DNA of 37,916 nt from Octopus bimaculoides (GCF_001194135.2 NC_068982.1:125134906-125172821), one strand, 5' to 3'. Counted from the first letter of the stretch, positions 11,593 through 24,032 are shown. Notes: generated by a model not told the origin, from the sequence alone. Program-made: numbers and translations.

Positions 11593-12014
11593 TTAACCTT
11601 TTAGCATTTAAGCTAGCCATATCCAGCCCAAATAATCCGTCTGTTTTATGTTGAAACTGACCATGTCTGGGTTCTCACACCTACTCTACAATGTAGTTTT
11701 AAAAATAAACAATCACATCATTGAAATCTTGAAGCTAAGAGATAATACATGATTAATATGTGAATAAATAAGCATTACATTTGACAGAGTAATCTGAATG
11801 CTTCAAGGTTATACTAGCCATATTTGGTTCAAATATTCTGTTATATGTTAAAACTAGCTAGGTCCAACCTCTTGCACCTGTCCTACAATGTCATCTAAAA
11901 ATAAACAATCACACCATTGAAATCTTGAAACTACAAGATAATGTGTGTTTAATTCAAACAAAGTGATTAAATAAGCCATGCATTTGACAGAGTAACCTGA
12001 ATGTCAAAGGGTTG
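11593..12014 (+). mobile_element. Two head-to-tail family F TTAA MITEs
   Basis: TTAACCTTTTAGCATT start. Body repeated at 11593-11810 and 11811-12014, ending AAAGGGTTGA. Confidence 0.8.
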
Positions 12015-12439
12015 AACTCTTTCTCAGTTTAACATCACCACCACCAAGTTTGTGGTTATTTTCAGTGGAATCTACTTTGTCATAAGCATTCTGGTAAGGT
12101 TTCCGGTTTGAGGATACATTCCTCCTTCTTACCAGTCTTAAACGATCTTAAAAGAAAAGGTTATCAATGCTGCCATTTCTCTTGACTAAGCAACAAAAAG
12201 ACAAAAAAAAAGACATATTAAAATAGATTTGACAAGTAATTTTCTTTATATTCAGTAATAATTTTGAGGTGAGTCAGCTGAATTGTGTTATTTGTAGTAA
12301 CTACAGATTATACAATTTGTATGACATAGCTCCTTTTATTATTATTACTTTCTTTACATTATTTGTTGTGATATTTAATATTTGAAGGGGCATTTCTAGG
12401 AGTAACTGTAACAGAATTACTAAAATGTTGTTCAGCACC

Positions 12440-12635
12440 AGGTAAGCCATAATGGAGTGGACCTATGATCAAAGACTGACCAACTGTGATCAGCTTTATC
12501 TTTTCTGGGTATGTCCAAGATCACATTATCCAATGTGTTTCTGTTCTGCCTTACTCAACGCAGTAGAGTATGAGTTGAGAGAGATTTGGCAGCTATTTCT
12601 AGTAGGCTGAGCAACCACTTAGAAGATCCCTTGTA
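12440..12635 (+). mobile_element. Unclassified interspersed repeat, family H
   Basis: GACCTATGATCAAAG...GATTTGGCAGCTATTTCTAG has a partial reverse-complement match at ~25640-25790 (CTTTGATCATAGG). Confidence 0.5.
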
Positions 12636-12671
12636 TGTATTATATCTAAGTAAGATATGAGCATACTGTGC

Positions 12672-13195
12672 ATGCATCATCATCATCATCATCGTTTAAC
12701 GTCCGCTTTCCATGCTAGCATGGGTTGGACGATTTGACTGAGGACTGGTGAAACCGGATGGCAACACCAGGCTCCAGTCTGATTTGGCAGAGTTTCTACA
12801 GCTGGATGCCCTTCCTAACGCCAACCACTCAGAGAGTGTAGTGGGTGCTTTNNNNNNNNNNNNNNNNNNNNNNNNNNNNNNNNNNNNNNNNNNNNNNNNN
12901 NNNNNNNNNNNNNNNNNNNNNNNNNNNNNNNNNNNNNNNNNNNNNNNNNNNNNNNNNNNNNNNNNNNNNNNNNNNNNNNNNNNNNNNNNNNNNNNNNNNN
13001 NNNNNNNNNNNNNNNNNNNNNNNNNNNNNNNNNNNNNNNNNNNNNNNNNNNNNNNNNNNNNNNNNNNNNNNNNNNNNNNNNNNNNNNNNNNNNNNNNNNN
13101 NNNNNNNNNNNNNNNNNNNNNNNNNNNNNNNNNNNNNNNNNNNNNNNNNNNNNNNNNNNNNNNNNNNNNNNNNNNNNNNNNNNNNNNNNNATACA

Positions 13196-13231
<36 letters not shown>

Positions 13232-13430
13232 TATGTGTATGTATATATATACACACACACACACATACGATGGGCTTCTTTCAGTTTCCGTCTACCAAAT
13301 CCACTCACAAGGCTTTGGTTGGCCCGAGGCTATAATAGAAAATACTTGCCCAAGGTGCCATGCAGTGGGACTGAACCTGGGACCATGTGGTTGGTAATTA
13401 AGCTGCTTACCACACAACCACTCCTGCTCC
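12672..13430 (-). mobile_element. Family C tail and family A head flanking a 339-N gap, probably one composite SINE
   Basis: C tail at 12672-12851, gap 12852-13190, (ATAC)n/(TA)/(CA) at 13191-13265, A head at 13268-13430. All are on the same strand. Confidence 0.7.
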
Positions 13431-13449
13431 TGTTGTCAGTGCTGGTATA

Positions 13450-13700
13450 GGTTGGATGATTTGACTGGGCTGGCACACTGGAAGGCTGCGCCAGGCTCCA
13501 GTCTGATTTGGCATGGTTTTCTGTGGCTGGATGCCCTTCCTAACGCCAACCACTCCGAGAGTGTAATGGGTGCTTTTACATGCCACTGGCATGGGTGCCA
13601 TTTGCATGACATCTGTATCTGCTATGACTGCGATTTTGCTCAGCTTGATGGGTCTTCTTCTCAAGCACGACATAATGCCAAAGATCTTGGTCATTGTCTC
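13450..13700 (-). mobile_element. Family C SINE-like element
   Basis: GGATGCCCTTCCTAACGCCAACCACTCC module. Confidence 0.8.
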
Positions 13701-13744
13701 ACACATGTGTGTATAGATTATATATATATATATAATGAAATTAT

Positions 13745-14255
13745 ATGACAAGAAAACAAGAATTATGTAATCGACTTTATTGACTTACAGCTGTTTCTGC
13801 TATAAGATGCAGTGCACTCACAGCTGAGTACTTGTACATCACCTTATAACATTTGTCTGAGTGCACTGTATCTAATAATGGAAACAGCTGTAAGCTAATG
13901 AATTTGATTACATAATTCTTGTTCCCTTCTCGTTTATTTATCATCATCATTTAACATTCATTTTCCAAGCTGGCATGGGTTGGATGGTTTGACTGAAAAC
14001 TGGTAAGCTGAGGAGCTGCACCAGGTTCCAATCTGATTTAGCATGGTTTCTGTGGCTGGATGCCCTTCCTAATGCCAACCACTCCAAGAGTGTAGTGTGT
14101 GTTTTTTATGTGCCACTGGCACAGGTGCCATTAACCTGACACCTGCATATTATGCTCTGTACTCAACTAATGCTTTATTCTGAATCATATACATTGAGTT
14201 CTAACACCAGGTTATTAGTCTTGCTATTCCTAAGTGAAATCTTAAAATTAAAATG
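13745..14255. mobile_element. Family G fold-back element (possible Penelope-like terminal repeat), interrupted by a family C copy at ~13943-14140
   Basis: 65-bp inverted arms at 13756-13820 and 13858-13922 (55/65 matches). The downstream segment ATTGAGTTCTAACA...TTATTAG...GC(T/C)ATTCCTAAG is shared with 24185-24345. Confidence 0.6.
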
Positions 14256-15744
14256 TGTGTCTGTCTTTGTGATTCTTTGTCTTGACATTGTATGATAGTT
14301 CTAAATGAACATCATTGGCATTCAAATAATGTCCTTCATTTCCAATTTAACATGGAAACATGTCCTGCTATGGGACATATTACCTTGCTTGAAGATAGCT
14401 TAGGGTTAATAAATGCCATAAAAAATCTACTTCAACGAATTCCATTTGACCCAGACGTGCATGGAAAAGTGCTTTCCTGGGTCACACAAAGATGACGAAT
14501 GATGGTGATATATAAGAACTGTCAAAGTAGGCAATACATCATTTTAAGTTCATATCATAACTAGACATTGTTCTGAAAAATCTAATATTCTGAAACCTAA
14601 AAAGAAGCTATAAATTACAAGACAGTAGCTATTAAATTATGAAGACAAAATCATGTTATCTAATGTTATATACTTGCAGAATCTTTCTTTGATGTAATAT
14701 AATAATTACAGATAAGGCTAGAGATTTGATATATATTGAGCCAAATTAGAAGACATTGAGATGGTTTAGCGCTATAGACAAGAAGGACAGATTATATTTA
14801 GATAAGTTTTGTTAATAGTGAAAACTTTCAAGTTTTGTTCAGACAACAACACCTTTCTTGATATTTTGACATTTTCTGAAAGCTGAGGAAACAAAAAATA
14901 AACTTCAGTGTTGAATTATCTTGGTACTTTGGATGTGTGTCTTCTACTGTAGCCTTGGCCAACTAATGTTTTCCAAGCAAACTTGTGTACAGGAACTGTG
15001 CAAGGCCTGTTAGATAAAATATCTTTTATCTTTTACATGTTTCAGTCATATAACTGCAGGTGTGTTGGGGTACTGTTTTTTTGTGAAAAGTGAACACACA
15101 CACATCTCTGTTTTATATATTAGATATATATCAAAAATTAGAAGAACAGAGATTTATATATCCAGTTTTATTCTGCAGTCAATTGTGTTTTTCAAATGGA
15201 AAGACATGATTGACTGCACAATAAAAGTGGACATATAAGTCTGTTCTCCTTATTATCAATTTATTTCTTCCCTACCGACAACATGCAGTCTCTATAGAGA
15301 CAAATGGATTTACTGATGTGAAGATCTGCTGAGGGTAGTAAAATAAACTGAAGTTTTTCTACACTCACAGAAGTTAGCTAGCATTATTAACCACCAAAAG
15401 TGAATATGGTACCTGCTAGGATTGTATATCCCTACCAACCTAATTTGAAAATTTAAGTTTTGAACTTTATATATATATGTATATATATATATATATATAG
15501 TTAAAAAAAACAATAACAAAAAAACAACAAAGTGAGGACGTGATATGGATAGTATTATTGGACGCTCAGGAAAGGAAAGAGTTCATATTCATCTAGCCTA
15601 TGCTGGCATAGAAAACAAACAAATGAATGAGTAGCAACATTTAGTATTGAATTTCTCCTAGAATTTCTTCCCAATTTCCAATCAGTCATTCTGTTGTCCC
15701 ACTAATACATTTCATTTCTTCTATTGTTTTTTGTTTTTTTTCAG

Positions 15745-15845
15745 CTTGGAGCTGTTTTATTCATATTGGTGCAATTGATTGTGCTGATGAGCAAAATGTA
15801 GACATGTGCCGAACGTATGATATTAGGCTTTTTCCAACTATTAAG
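15745..15845 (+). CDS. QSOX: Sulfhydryl oxidase QSOX, internal exon (end of Trx1), 101 nt, phase 1-0
   Basis: Polypyrimidine tract + CAG acceptor and AG|GTAAAT donor. Encodes (A)WSCFIHIGAIDCADEQNVDMCRTYDIRLFPTIK, matching the QSOX motif AW..(A/G)AxDCA.E.N...CR...I..FPT. Confidence 0.93.
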
Positions 15846-15877
15846 GTAAATGCCCTTTTTGTCTTTTCTTTTTTTTT

Positions 15878-16089
15878 TTACCTTAAGCATTTAAAGCAAC
15901 CATATCCAACTGATAAATTTTACCTGTTTTATATTCAAACTAACCAGATTCGGACTCTTATGCCTACCCTAGAATGTCATTCAAAAAATAAACAATTGCA
16001 TCATTGAAATCTTGAAGCTATGAGATAATGCATGATTAATTCAAAACAATTTGAATAAGCATTGAGTAATTTGAATGTTAAAGGGTTAA
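15878..16089 (+). mobile_element. Family F TTAA MITE, ~35 bp downstream of the exon donor at 15845
   Basis: Body matches the other F copies and ends AAAGGGTTAA. Confidence 0.8.
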
Positions 16090-16384
16090 TGAATAAAAAT
16101 GTTGTAAGAGGAGGAAAATTATTAGTCTTAAGATCAATTTTTGTCTTTTTTGTAATTGTTTTTGTTAAGAGGGAAAGCAGTTACCCATGACTCATTGATG
16201 ATGGGCCTCCGAGGCTGGTGAGAGAGAGGGAGGGAGGAATATTTCCTTAAATTGGAAACCTGGTGAAAATGCTTGTGACTGAGGACTCCCCTAAAGACAT
16301 CCAAGATATCAACTGATAGTATTAAGACAAGTAGAAGGAATTTTGATTTAGAATGCAAAGAGCTGAAACAAATATCTCAAAGCA

Positions 16385-16555
16385 TTTTGCTGGGTGGTTG
16401 GTGTTAGGAAGGGCATCCTGCTGTAAAAAATCCTGCCAAAACAGTCACAGAAATCTGGTGCAGGCTTCTGCCTCACTGGCTCCTGTCAAACCATCCCACC
16501 CATTCCAGCATGGAAGGCAGATATTAAACAATGTTGGTGATGATTCTGTTCAACA
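16385..16555 (+). mobile_element. Family C 3' portion
   Basis: GGTTGGTGTTAGGAAGGGCATCC...CCAGCATGGAAGGCAGATATTAAAC. Confidence 0.75.
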
Positions 16556-16599
16556 TTTCTACAGTTGCACCAGCTCACTGCTTTGTATTGGTAATTTTT

Positions 16600-17068
16600 T
16601 TTTTTTTTATCATCCACCCAAAGAGATGAAAGGCAAAGTTGGCCTTGACAGGATTTGAACCCAGAGCACAGAGAGTCAGAACAAATACAGTGAAGCATTC
16701 TGTCTAACACTCTAACAATTCTGCTTGATCTCTCCACTGAATGAATTAAAAGATTTCAAAATTTCATCTAAAGTAAACTTGCTCTGAATTCATCTTAGAT
16801 TTAGAATGGTAAGAGTAAATTCTATCATCTGATTAAAATTGATGGAATATAGGTGGCAAGCTGACATGATTGTTAGCATATCAAGCAAAATGCTTAGCGA
16901 GATTTTGTCCATCTTTGCATTCTGAGTTCAAATTCCACTGAGCTTGGCTTTGCCTTTCATTCTTTCATGATCAATAAAATGAGTACCAGTTGAGCACTGG
17001 GGTTGATGTAATTGACTTATCCCCTCCCCCGAAATTGCTGGCCTTGTGCCAAAATATGAAATCAATAT
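16600..17068. mobile_element. Divergent pair of family B SINEs (16600-16735 minus, 16850-17068 plus)
   Basis: GATGAAAGGCAAAGTTG on the minus strand and GCTTTGCCTTTCATT...GAGTACCAG on the plus strand. Confidence 0.75.
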
Positions 17069-18261
17069 AACAGAAATACTGATGGAACTATATGGAAAAT
17101 GTAAATATGTAAATGCTTCCTAGATCCAAGAGTATCTTTGAGGGCTGATATTTAGTTCTGGTTTTATGGTATTATAAAGCAGATGATGAAAATTATTGTG
17201 TTGAGGTTTGGTGACAATCTATCTCATGTAAAACTTCCAGACAATTCATCTGTTTCTTTTAGTAAGTTAAACTAAGTTACATAGAATTAAGTGCACTATT
17301 CAAACACAGCAAAATACCTCCAACAGTTTTTAGCTCAAGTCTTTTCACCTGATAGCCTTATCCCACTTTTATATAAGCCACAGATGTTTGTAAGTGCTTG
17401 TATTTGTAATATGAGAGATAATATCTCTCTGCTTTGTGCATAAAACATTATTCTTTTGCAGTTAAAATTCCCAGCCTGTTTCCAATTGTTTAGTGAATCA
17501 AACAATACAAAATTGGATATACTCCACAAGTGCTTAATATATCTGCCGTAGATTAAAACTGAATAATTGTCAGTAATACTATTGCATTATGCTTGATTTA
17601 CAGATGTCACCACAGCTTGATATCACATTTGGTGCTTGACAGAAAGGCTATTTACTTAGCTAGCTATTCAGGGTAGAATTCAAAGCAATATTATTTGAAA
17701 AATTCATTAAATTTTACAGTTTATTGCAACTATATTTTTCAAATTACAATGAATGTAAACAGAGTTTGCTTTTAGAAGTGTTTGAGAATAAATTATTTCA
17801 TTATCTGTATCTTTCAATACATCTCAGTGCTTCTAAAAGCAAACTCTGTTTGCATTCTTCGTAATTTGAATTTAACAAAGCTAGATTTATAAGTTTAATA
17901 ATTGCAGATTAATTTGACAGTGGGCAATTTAGCTTAATGGTAAAGCACTTGGCTGGTAATCACAGGGAAGTGAATTTGTCTCGTAGCTGGCTGCTGGCAA
18001 ATTTTTCTGCAAAATATGGATATTTTATCCTGTTCCTGTTGCTCTGTCAGTATTATTCTGCATTTGAGAATAAATTATTTCCTTATCTGTAACTATTTCA
18101 TTTTTTTTCATTTTATCTAGTTTCAGCTCTTGAGCTGTGGCCATGCTGGGGCGTGTCTCAGATTCTTTGTAGTTCTTGTTAAGGGCAACTTTGCCTTTCA
18201 TTCTTCCAGGGTTGATAATTGAAATACCAGAGTGGGTTGGTGGACTAGAGGAATATTTTCT

Positions 18262-18451
18262 TTTACTTGTCTCAGTCATTAGACTGTGGCCTTGCTGGAG
18301 CACAGCCTTGAATTTTAGTCAAATGAATTGACCCCTGTATTTCTTTTTTTAAGCCTGCTACTTACTTTACTGATCTCTTTTGATGAACTACTAAGTTACA
18401 GGGACATAAATGCACCAACACCAATTGTCAAGCAGTCTTACAGGACAAACA

Positions 18452-18501
<50 letters not shown>

Positions 18502-18672
18502 ATGTACACACACAATAGGCTTCTTTTCAGTTTTCACCTACCAAATCCACTCACAAGGCTTTGGTCAGCCTGAGGCTATAGTGGAAGACACTTAACCAAG
18601 GTGTCATGCAGTAGGACTGAACTGGGAATAATGTGGTTGGGAAGCAAGCTTCTTACCACACAGCTACGCCTC
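18262..18672 (-). mobile_element. Family A SINE with internal (CA)/(TA) microsatellite
   Basis: Full reverse-complement match to 24360-24755. Confidence 0.85.
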
Positions 18673-19059
18673 ATTGTTTAAAAATTCTTTCGTTAATTTC
18701 ACTCGATGGACAATGGCCATGCTGGAGCACCACCTACAGTAGCTTTAGTCAATTCTACAGACCACATTACTTAATCTTGATACCTATTTTATTAATCCTG
18801 TGAGGGTGAAATGCACAGTTAACTTGGCATGGTTGTTGTGAATTTGAACGTTTTAATGTGATTGATTAGACAAGACATACCTTCTTAGCGAGAGGCTTTC
18901 CTAATGTTTTAAAGAGTAAACAGGAAAGAGCCAAATGTATTGAGACAAAGAAATATGCCTTGGCTATGGTTCTAACAAGGCTTGATCTCATAATCTTTCA
19001 GTCAGCATACAAGGGGCTTATTACTATTATTACTGCTGCAGCCCTACCTCTGAAATTAT

Positions 19060-19390
19060 CACCCCACCCCTGAAATTGCTGACCTTGTGCCAAAATTTGA
19101 AACCAATATTATTATTATTATTATTATTAATATTATTATTATTATTATTAAGGCAGCAAGCTGGCAGAGTAGTTAGCATGCCGGGCAGAATGCTTAGTGG
19201 TATTTCACCTGTGTTTACATTCTTAGTTCAAATTACGCCGAAGTCAAAACTTTACCTTTCATCCTTTCAGGGTCATTAAATTAAATACCAGTGAAACATT
19301 GGGGTCGATGTAATCGACTAGTCCCCTCCCCACAAATTTGAGGCCTTGTGCCTCCAGTAGAAAGGATTATTATTATTATTATTATATTCA
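19060..19390 (+). mobile_element. Family B 3' fragment with (TAT)n tail, followed by a full family B copy
   Basis: CCTTGTGCCAAAATTTGAAACC-(TAT)n, then AAGGCAGCAAGCTGGCAG...GAAAGG-(ATT)n. Confidence 0.85.
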
Positions 19391-19529
19391 AGAACAAAAA
19401 GTGAATAGGTAAAGTAAAAGATCAGCTGATAAAGTGATCTAAAAGCAAAATATTGTAGTGAAATGTTTAAAAATAATTTATTTGCTTGTTTTGCTTTTCT
19501 TAATTTCTCTTTATCTCTTTTCATTGCAG

Positions 19530-19684
19530 ACATTTTTCCCAAACTCAAAACCAAGTGATATTGGCACAAACTATGATAAAGCTCGTAATAGTGTAAACGT
19601 GTTGCGCCATAACCTTATAGACCTTTCTGTACAGTATTATATGCAGTCTAAGGACCCACAATGGGAAACCTTATCACCAATTAA
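19530..19684 (+). CDS. QSOX: QSOX internal exon, 155 nt, phase 0-2
   Basis: TTGCAG acceptor, AA|GTGAGT donor. Encodes TFFPNSKPSDIGTNYDKARNSVNVLRHNLIDLSVQYYMQSKDPQWETLSPI, similar to QSOX FF...V..LR..LID...P.LEP. In frame with both neighbours. Confidence 0.9.
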
Positions 19685-20789
19685 GTGAGTATCTAATTAA
19701 TACAATCAATTAGTTTCATAATATAAGTTTGCATAATTTGTTCTTCTTCAAACACGTATTTCCAATTTTCCAGCTTGAATCTTCCTTCGAAAAACAAAGA
19801 GCTTGGACTCTGTTTTTCACAGTTACCTTGAATTACTTTTGGTTCTGTTACAATTTATCACCTTTTTGAAAGAACTTCATTAATATATATCCTTCATTCC
19901 TCATGTAAATATAGTGTGGGTCTTTCTATTACTGTTTGGTATTCTGAATTGAAGCATCTCTTTTTTTATTAGTTCATCCAAAACGTTTCCTATTACAAAT
20001 CTATCAGGTGTGTAAAATTTCATTGCTGACCATAAAAGACATATTTTTTCTTTTATTCTTTTCCTTGTTTCTGCAACCATGCTCGAGCTCCAATTTGAAA
20101 GATTCAGTAGAACAAATTCTACAAAGCACAATCACATTTAATATTTCCTGTCTGTTAGGATTAGAAAATGTTTAAAATATTACTAACTTCATTAGCATCC
20201 TCTTTCTAATACATTGGGAATAAACTATTATAAATTTATCCTGGAAAGAAAAAAGAGGTTAATCAAATTAGTAATATATGTGAAGCTGAACATTTTTACA
20301 TACTTTTATTTACAGTCAACATTAAGTTGGAATCAAGAAGCAAATTATCAGATTACTCAAGTCAGTAATTGCTTCTGATTCCAACTCCACAATTAAGTTT
20401 GACTTCACAGCTCTGCTACATATATTTAAGATTTGGTATTCAGTATCGAATTAAAGCACTTTTTCTTCAGTTGTGACACAGTAGGTAAAAGCAGTGAAAC
20501 TTTGTACTACTGTTATGCTTCATAAGTTCAATCTTTACCCAAAATTTCAAGTGTCACTTCGGTATATTGGTAGCATATCTGTCATGTTCAAAGAAGATGT
20601 GGGTTTGTATCTCATGGGCTTCCTTAAACTTTTTTCAATCCAATGATCTTTTTTTTACCTGATATTCTACATATGATTGTTTATAGCTCTATCTGCTTCA
20701 AGTTCCACTGTTTAAAGCAATTTATGTATATACATGTAAAAATATGAATTGGGAGTTTAAAATGATGTTAATATTTTCAATTAATATAA

Positions 20790-21010
20790 GGTAACAGGCT
20801 GGTAAAATTGTTAGCTCACAGGGCAAAATGCTGAGCAATATTTTGTCTGTCTTTGCATTCTGAGTTCAAATTTTGCTGAGGTCAGCTTAGTCTATCATCC
20901 TTTCAGGGTTGATAAAAAAGAAAATGTACCAGTTGAGCACTGGGGTTGTGTAATTGACTAGCCCCTTCCTCCAAAACTTATGGCCTTGTTTCAAAATTTG
21001 AAACCAATGT
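20790..21010 (+). mobile_element. Family B SINE
   Basis: GAGTTCAAATT...CATCCTTTCAGGGTTGATAAA...GTACCAGTTGAGCACTGG. Confidence 0.8.
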
Positions 21011-21877
21011 TTGCAGTCAATATAATTAGATGCAAAAATAACTCCTCTCGTTAAAGCTTTTGATACCAACCTGCCCAATACTATTTTTGGTTGTTTTAAA
21101 GGATTCTAAATTAAAACTTAGCAAAATTTAATGTTGAATTTTATTCCAAACACCAGCTTCATAAGGACAGAGGTATTTTATTAAATTCTTCATTATTTTC
21201 CTAATTAATAAAGATGGTGTATTTTGTCAGAAATGCAGTATCGAAATAGTTAATACAGGCATGCAATTGCTTTCTTTTTGTTTCTGTAAATTTCAAACAA
21301 TAATTTTGCTAGTGATTGCCTAACTTTCTATCTACAGAGATAATTATCTAGTTTTGAATTCCAAAGACAAATTTCCAATGAACCATCTACCTGTCATTTT
21401 AGCTAGGGCTGGGTGAATTTGCTAGGGGCCTTTTACTATGTAAACTTGCTCTAACTTTTTAATGCTAGTTTCTATTAACCCATACATTGTAACTATCATA
21501 TAAAACATGGCTTTTCATCCAGTTCTCCTCATCTGTTCTCTAGTTTTTCTCTATATCATTTATTAATTTTTTTTTATCAGAAATATCTAATGATTCTGCA
21601 GCATTTTATATCACAGAAGTTTACTCTATCTACAAGATTCTTATTGCATTTATTCCAGTCTTGCACTACAACTTTAAAGTCGATCATTCAATAGAATTCC
21701 AAAATTTTGTACAGATAAAGATGTTTGCTATTGCAACATGGAAGACACAAGATAGCCATACAAAACAACACAAAGACCATTAAACAATTGTTTGTATAAT
21801 AATATGGTGCCAAAATTTGTTACTCAAAACTGCAACCTGTTCACTGACAAAAAAATCTCACTACATTACAGATAAAT

Positions 21878-22092
21878 GTTTAAACCAGTCATATCCGGCT
21901 AAAATATTCTACCTGTTTTATTTTCAAACTGGCCAGATCCAGCCTCTCACACTTACCCTAGAATATTATTCTAGAAATAAACAACCACATCATCGAAATC
22001 TCAAAGCTACAAAATAATGCATGACTAATTCAAAACAATTTGAATAAAAAAGCATTACATTCGACAGAGAAATCTGAATACTAAAGGATTAA
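21878..22092 (+). mobile_element. Family F TTAA MITE
   Basis: Body matches the other F copies and ends CTAAAGGATTAA. Confidence 0.8.
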
Positions 22093-22202
22093 GTAAAGTT
22101 AATATGCTTTGTGTGTTTCTGTATGGCTAACTTATGTCTTCCATTCTGTAATTGCTTTTGCATCAGCATATGATCTCTGATCAAAGCACTTGTGCCATGC
22201 AA

Positions 22203-22588
22203 GTTGCTGTTGTTGGCACTCCGTCGCTTACGACGACGAGGGTTCCAGTTGATCTGATCAACAGAACAGCCTGCTCGTGAAATTAACATGCAAGTGGCTG
22301 AGCACTCCACAGACATGTGTACCCTTAACGTAGTTCTCGGGGATATTCAGTGTGACACAGTGTGACAAGGCTGACCCTTTGAATTACAGGCACAACAGAA
22401 ACAGGAAGTAAGAATGAGAGAAAGTTGTGGTGAAAGAGTACAGCAGGGTTCGCCACCATCCCCTGCCGGAGCCTCGTGGAGCTTTAGGTGTTTTCGCTCA
22501 ATAAACACTCACAACACCCGGTCTGGGAGAAACTGCGATCCTATGACCAGGAGTCCGCTGCCCTAACCATTGGGCCATTGCGCCTCCA
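22203..22588 (-). mobile_element. Family D tRNA SINE, full length with 10-bp TSD
   Basis: TSD TGCCATGCAA at 22193-22202 and 22589-22598. Highly similar to 1776-2176. Confidence 0.92.
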
Positions 22589-23031
22589 TGCCATGCAAAT
22601 ACATCTCTGGAATAAAGATATTTGGTATTAACTAAACCTATGAGTTCTCTTTTTATTTTTTTGCTTTTTTTTTTCACAATTTCATTACAACAGACATTTT
22701 ATAATACATGGTCTAAAATTCCAGAAATGTTAGTCTTCTTTTTCAAATGTATTGCCTGTTAATTATGAAAGTGTAATATGCTGCATTTGGAATGATGATG
22801 TCTCATGTAACGTGTTACATGATAATATCTGTATTCTATTTTCAGTAACTTTAAATGGAAACAGATCCCATTATGTAATAATGTAAGCAATTTCTTACAT
22901 TATTATTTAAGTTTTGATTACTTGAGAGGAAAGCTATTAAATGAATTAAAATAAACTTAATGTTAGTTTCTTTTTATATTATTAGCAACAAGAATGTATT
23001 TACTTACATTTCTATTTGTGTCATATTTCAG

Positions 23032-23122
23032 CTCTGTTGATGACATTTTAAAATATCGCGTTTCATCACACTCAGTTATTGTTATCATTACTGAAGATAA
23101 AGGCAGTTACTTGGGAAAAGAG
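23032..23122 (+). CDS. QSOX: QSOX internal exon (Trx2 start), 91 nt, phase 2-0
   Basis: TTTCAG acceptor, GAG|GTAATT donor. Encodes SVDDILKYRVSSHSVIVIITEDKGSYLGKE, containing the QSOX E..GSYLG(R/K)E motif. Confidence 0.92.
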
Positions 23123-23164
23123 GTAATTGATTCTTATACTATTCTTTACATTTTACTTTTCATG

Positions 23165-23395
23165 TTTTGTTTTGTTTCAGTCATTTGACTGCAGCCATGC
23201 TGGAGCACTGCCTTTAATTATTTAGTTGAACAAATCAACTCCAGTAGGGAACAAAGACACATATATGCATAAAAGGCTTCTACACAGTTTCTGTTTACCA
23301 AACTTACTCACAAGGCATTGATCAGCTTGGGGTTTTAATAGACACTTGCCCAAGGTGTTGTGCAGTGGGACTGAACCTGAAACCACATGATTTGC
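23165..23395 (-). mobile_element. Family A SINE, internally deleted
   Basis: GTTTCAGTCATTTGACTGCAGCCATGCTGGAGCAC...GACACTTGCCCAAGGTG. Confidence 0.8.
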
Positions 23396-23892
23396 TTTCT
23401 GTTCATATTGACTTGAATCAAATATAACAAACTACTCCAAATCATTAATATATATTACACAAGCCTGAAATATATTAAATGATTTCAAAATGTCACTATT
23501 TAGCTTGACTTCATTATTTGCACAAATAATGTGCAAATGGAGAAAAAATCAGTGCACTTTTCTGTCCAGAGCGAGTTGAAGCATCACTTTCTCTTGTGCT
23601 ATCTTAGAGCATTATCCTCATCATCAACCTCATCTCATAATGTCAGAAAAAAATCCATCATTGTCTAAATCTTCCATTTGCGACTTGATTTTTTTCCATT
23701 GATGAAGCTCATTTACATTTGGGCATCGACTGATGAAAGCTCAACCTGTGTAAAATTTTTGAATCATCAATTTTGGATGTCTGCTGTTTAAGGGTTGACA
23801 TGTGTTTTTCAAGATATCAATAAAAATTTTCTTTTCCAGTTTTTCATTTCTTTGTTTAATTTTATTTATGAATTAATCAATTTTGTATTTAG

Positions 23893-24032
23893 GTAATACT
23901 TGATCTGAGTAAATATTCCAAAATCCTCATCAGATCAATGCTATCAGATGTAGTTCCTGTAGAATACCAGGTGACACATTTCCCATCTCTATTACTAATA
24001 GATAAAAATGGCAAACTCAAAACACTTATACA
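23893..24032 (+). CDS. QSOX: QSOX internal exon (Trx2), 140 nt, phase 0-2
   Basis: TTTAG acceptor, CA|GTAAGT donor. Encodes VILDLSKYSKILIRSMLSDVVPVEYQVTHFPSLLLIDKNGKLKTLI, matching QSOX V.LDL......R....VT.FPS..L...NG. Confidence 0.92.

Noticed and set aside
12852-13190. The gap as the location of the missing WCGHC exon
   Set aside because: Both flanks look like parts of one composite SINE on the same strand, so the gap is most likely repeat sequence. This cannot be fully excluded.
12696-13450. Long ORFs spanning N gaps, also at 34015-35279
   Set aside because: Artefacts of X runs plus microsatellites.
23891-23898. AG|GTAATA recursive-splice-like motif at an exon start
   Set aside because: Explained by the conserved V-I-L-D codons, and the preceding intron is only 770 bp.
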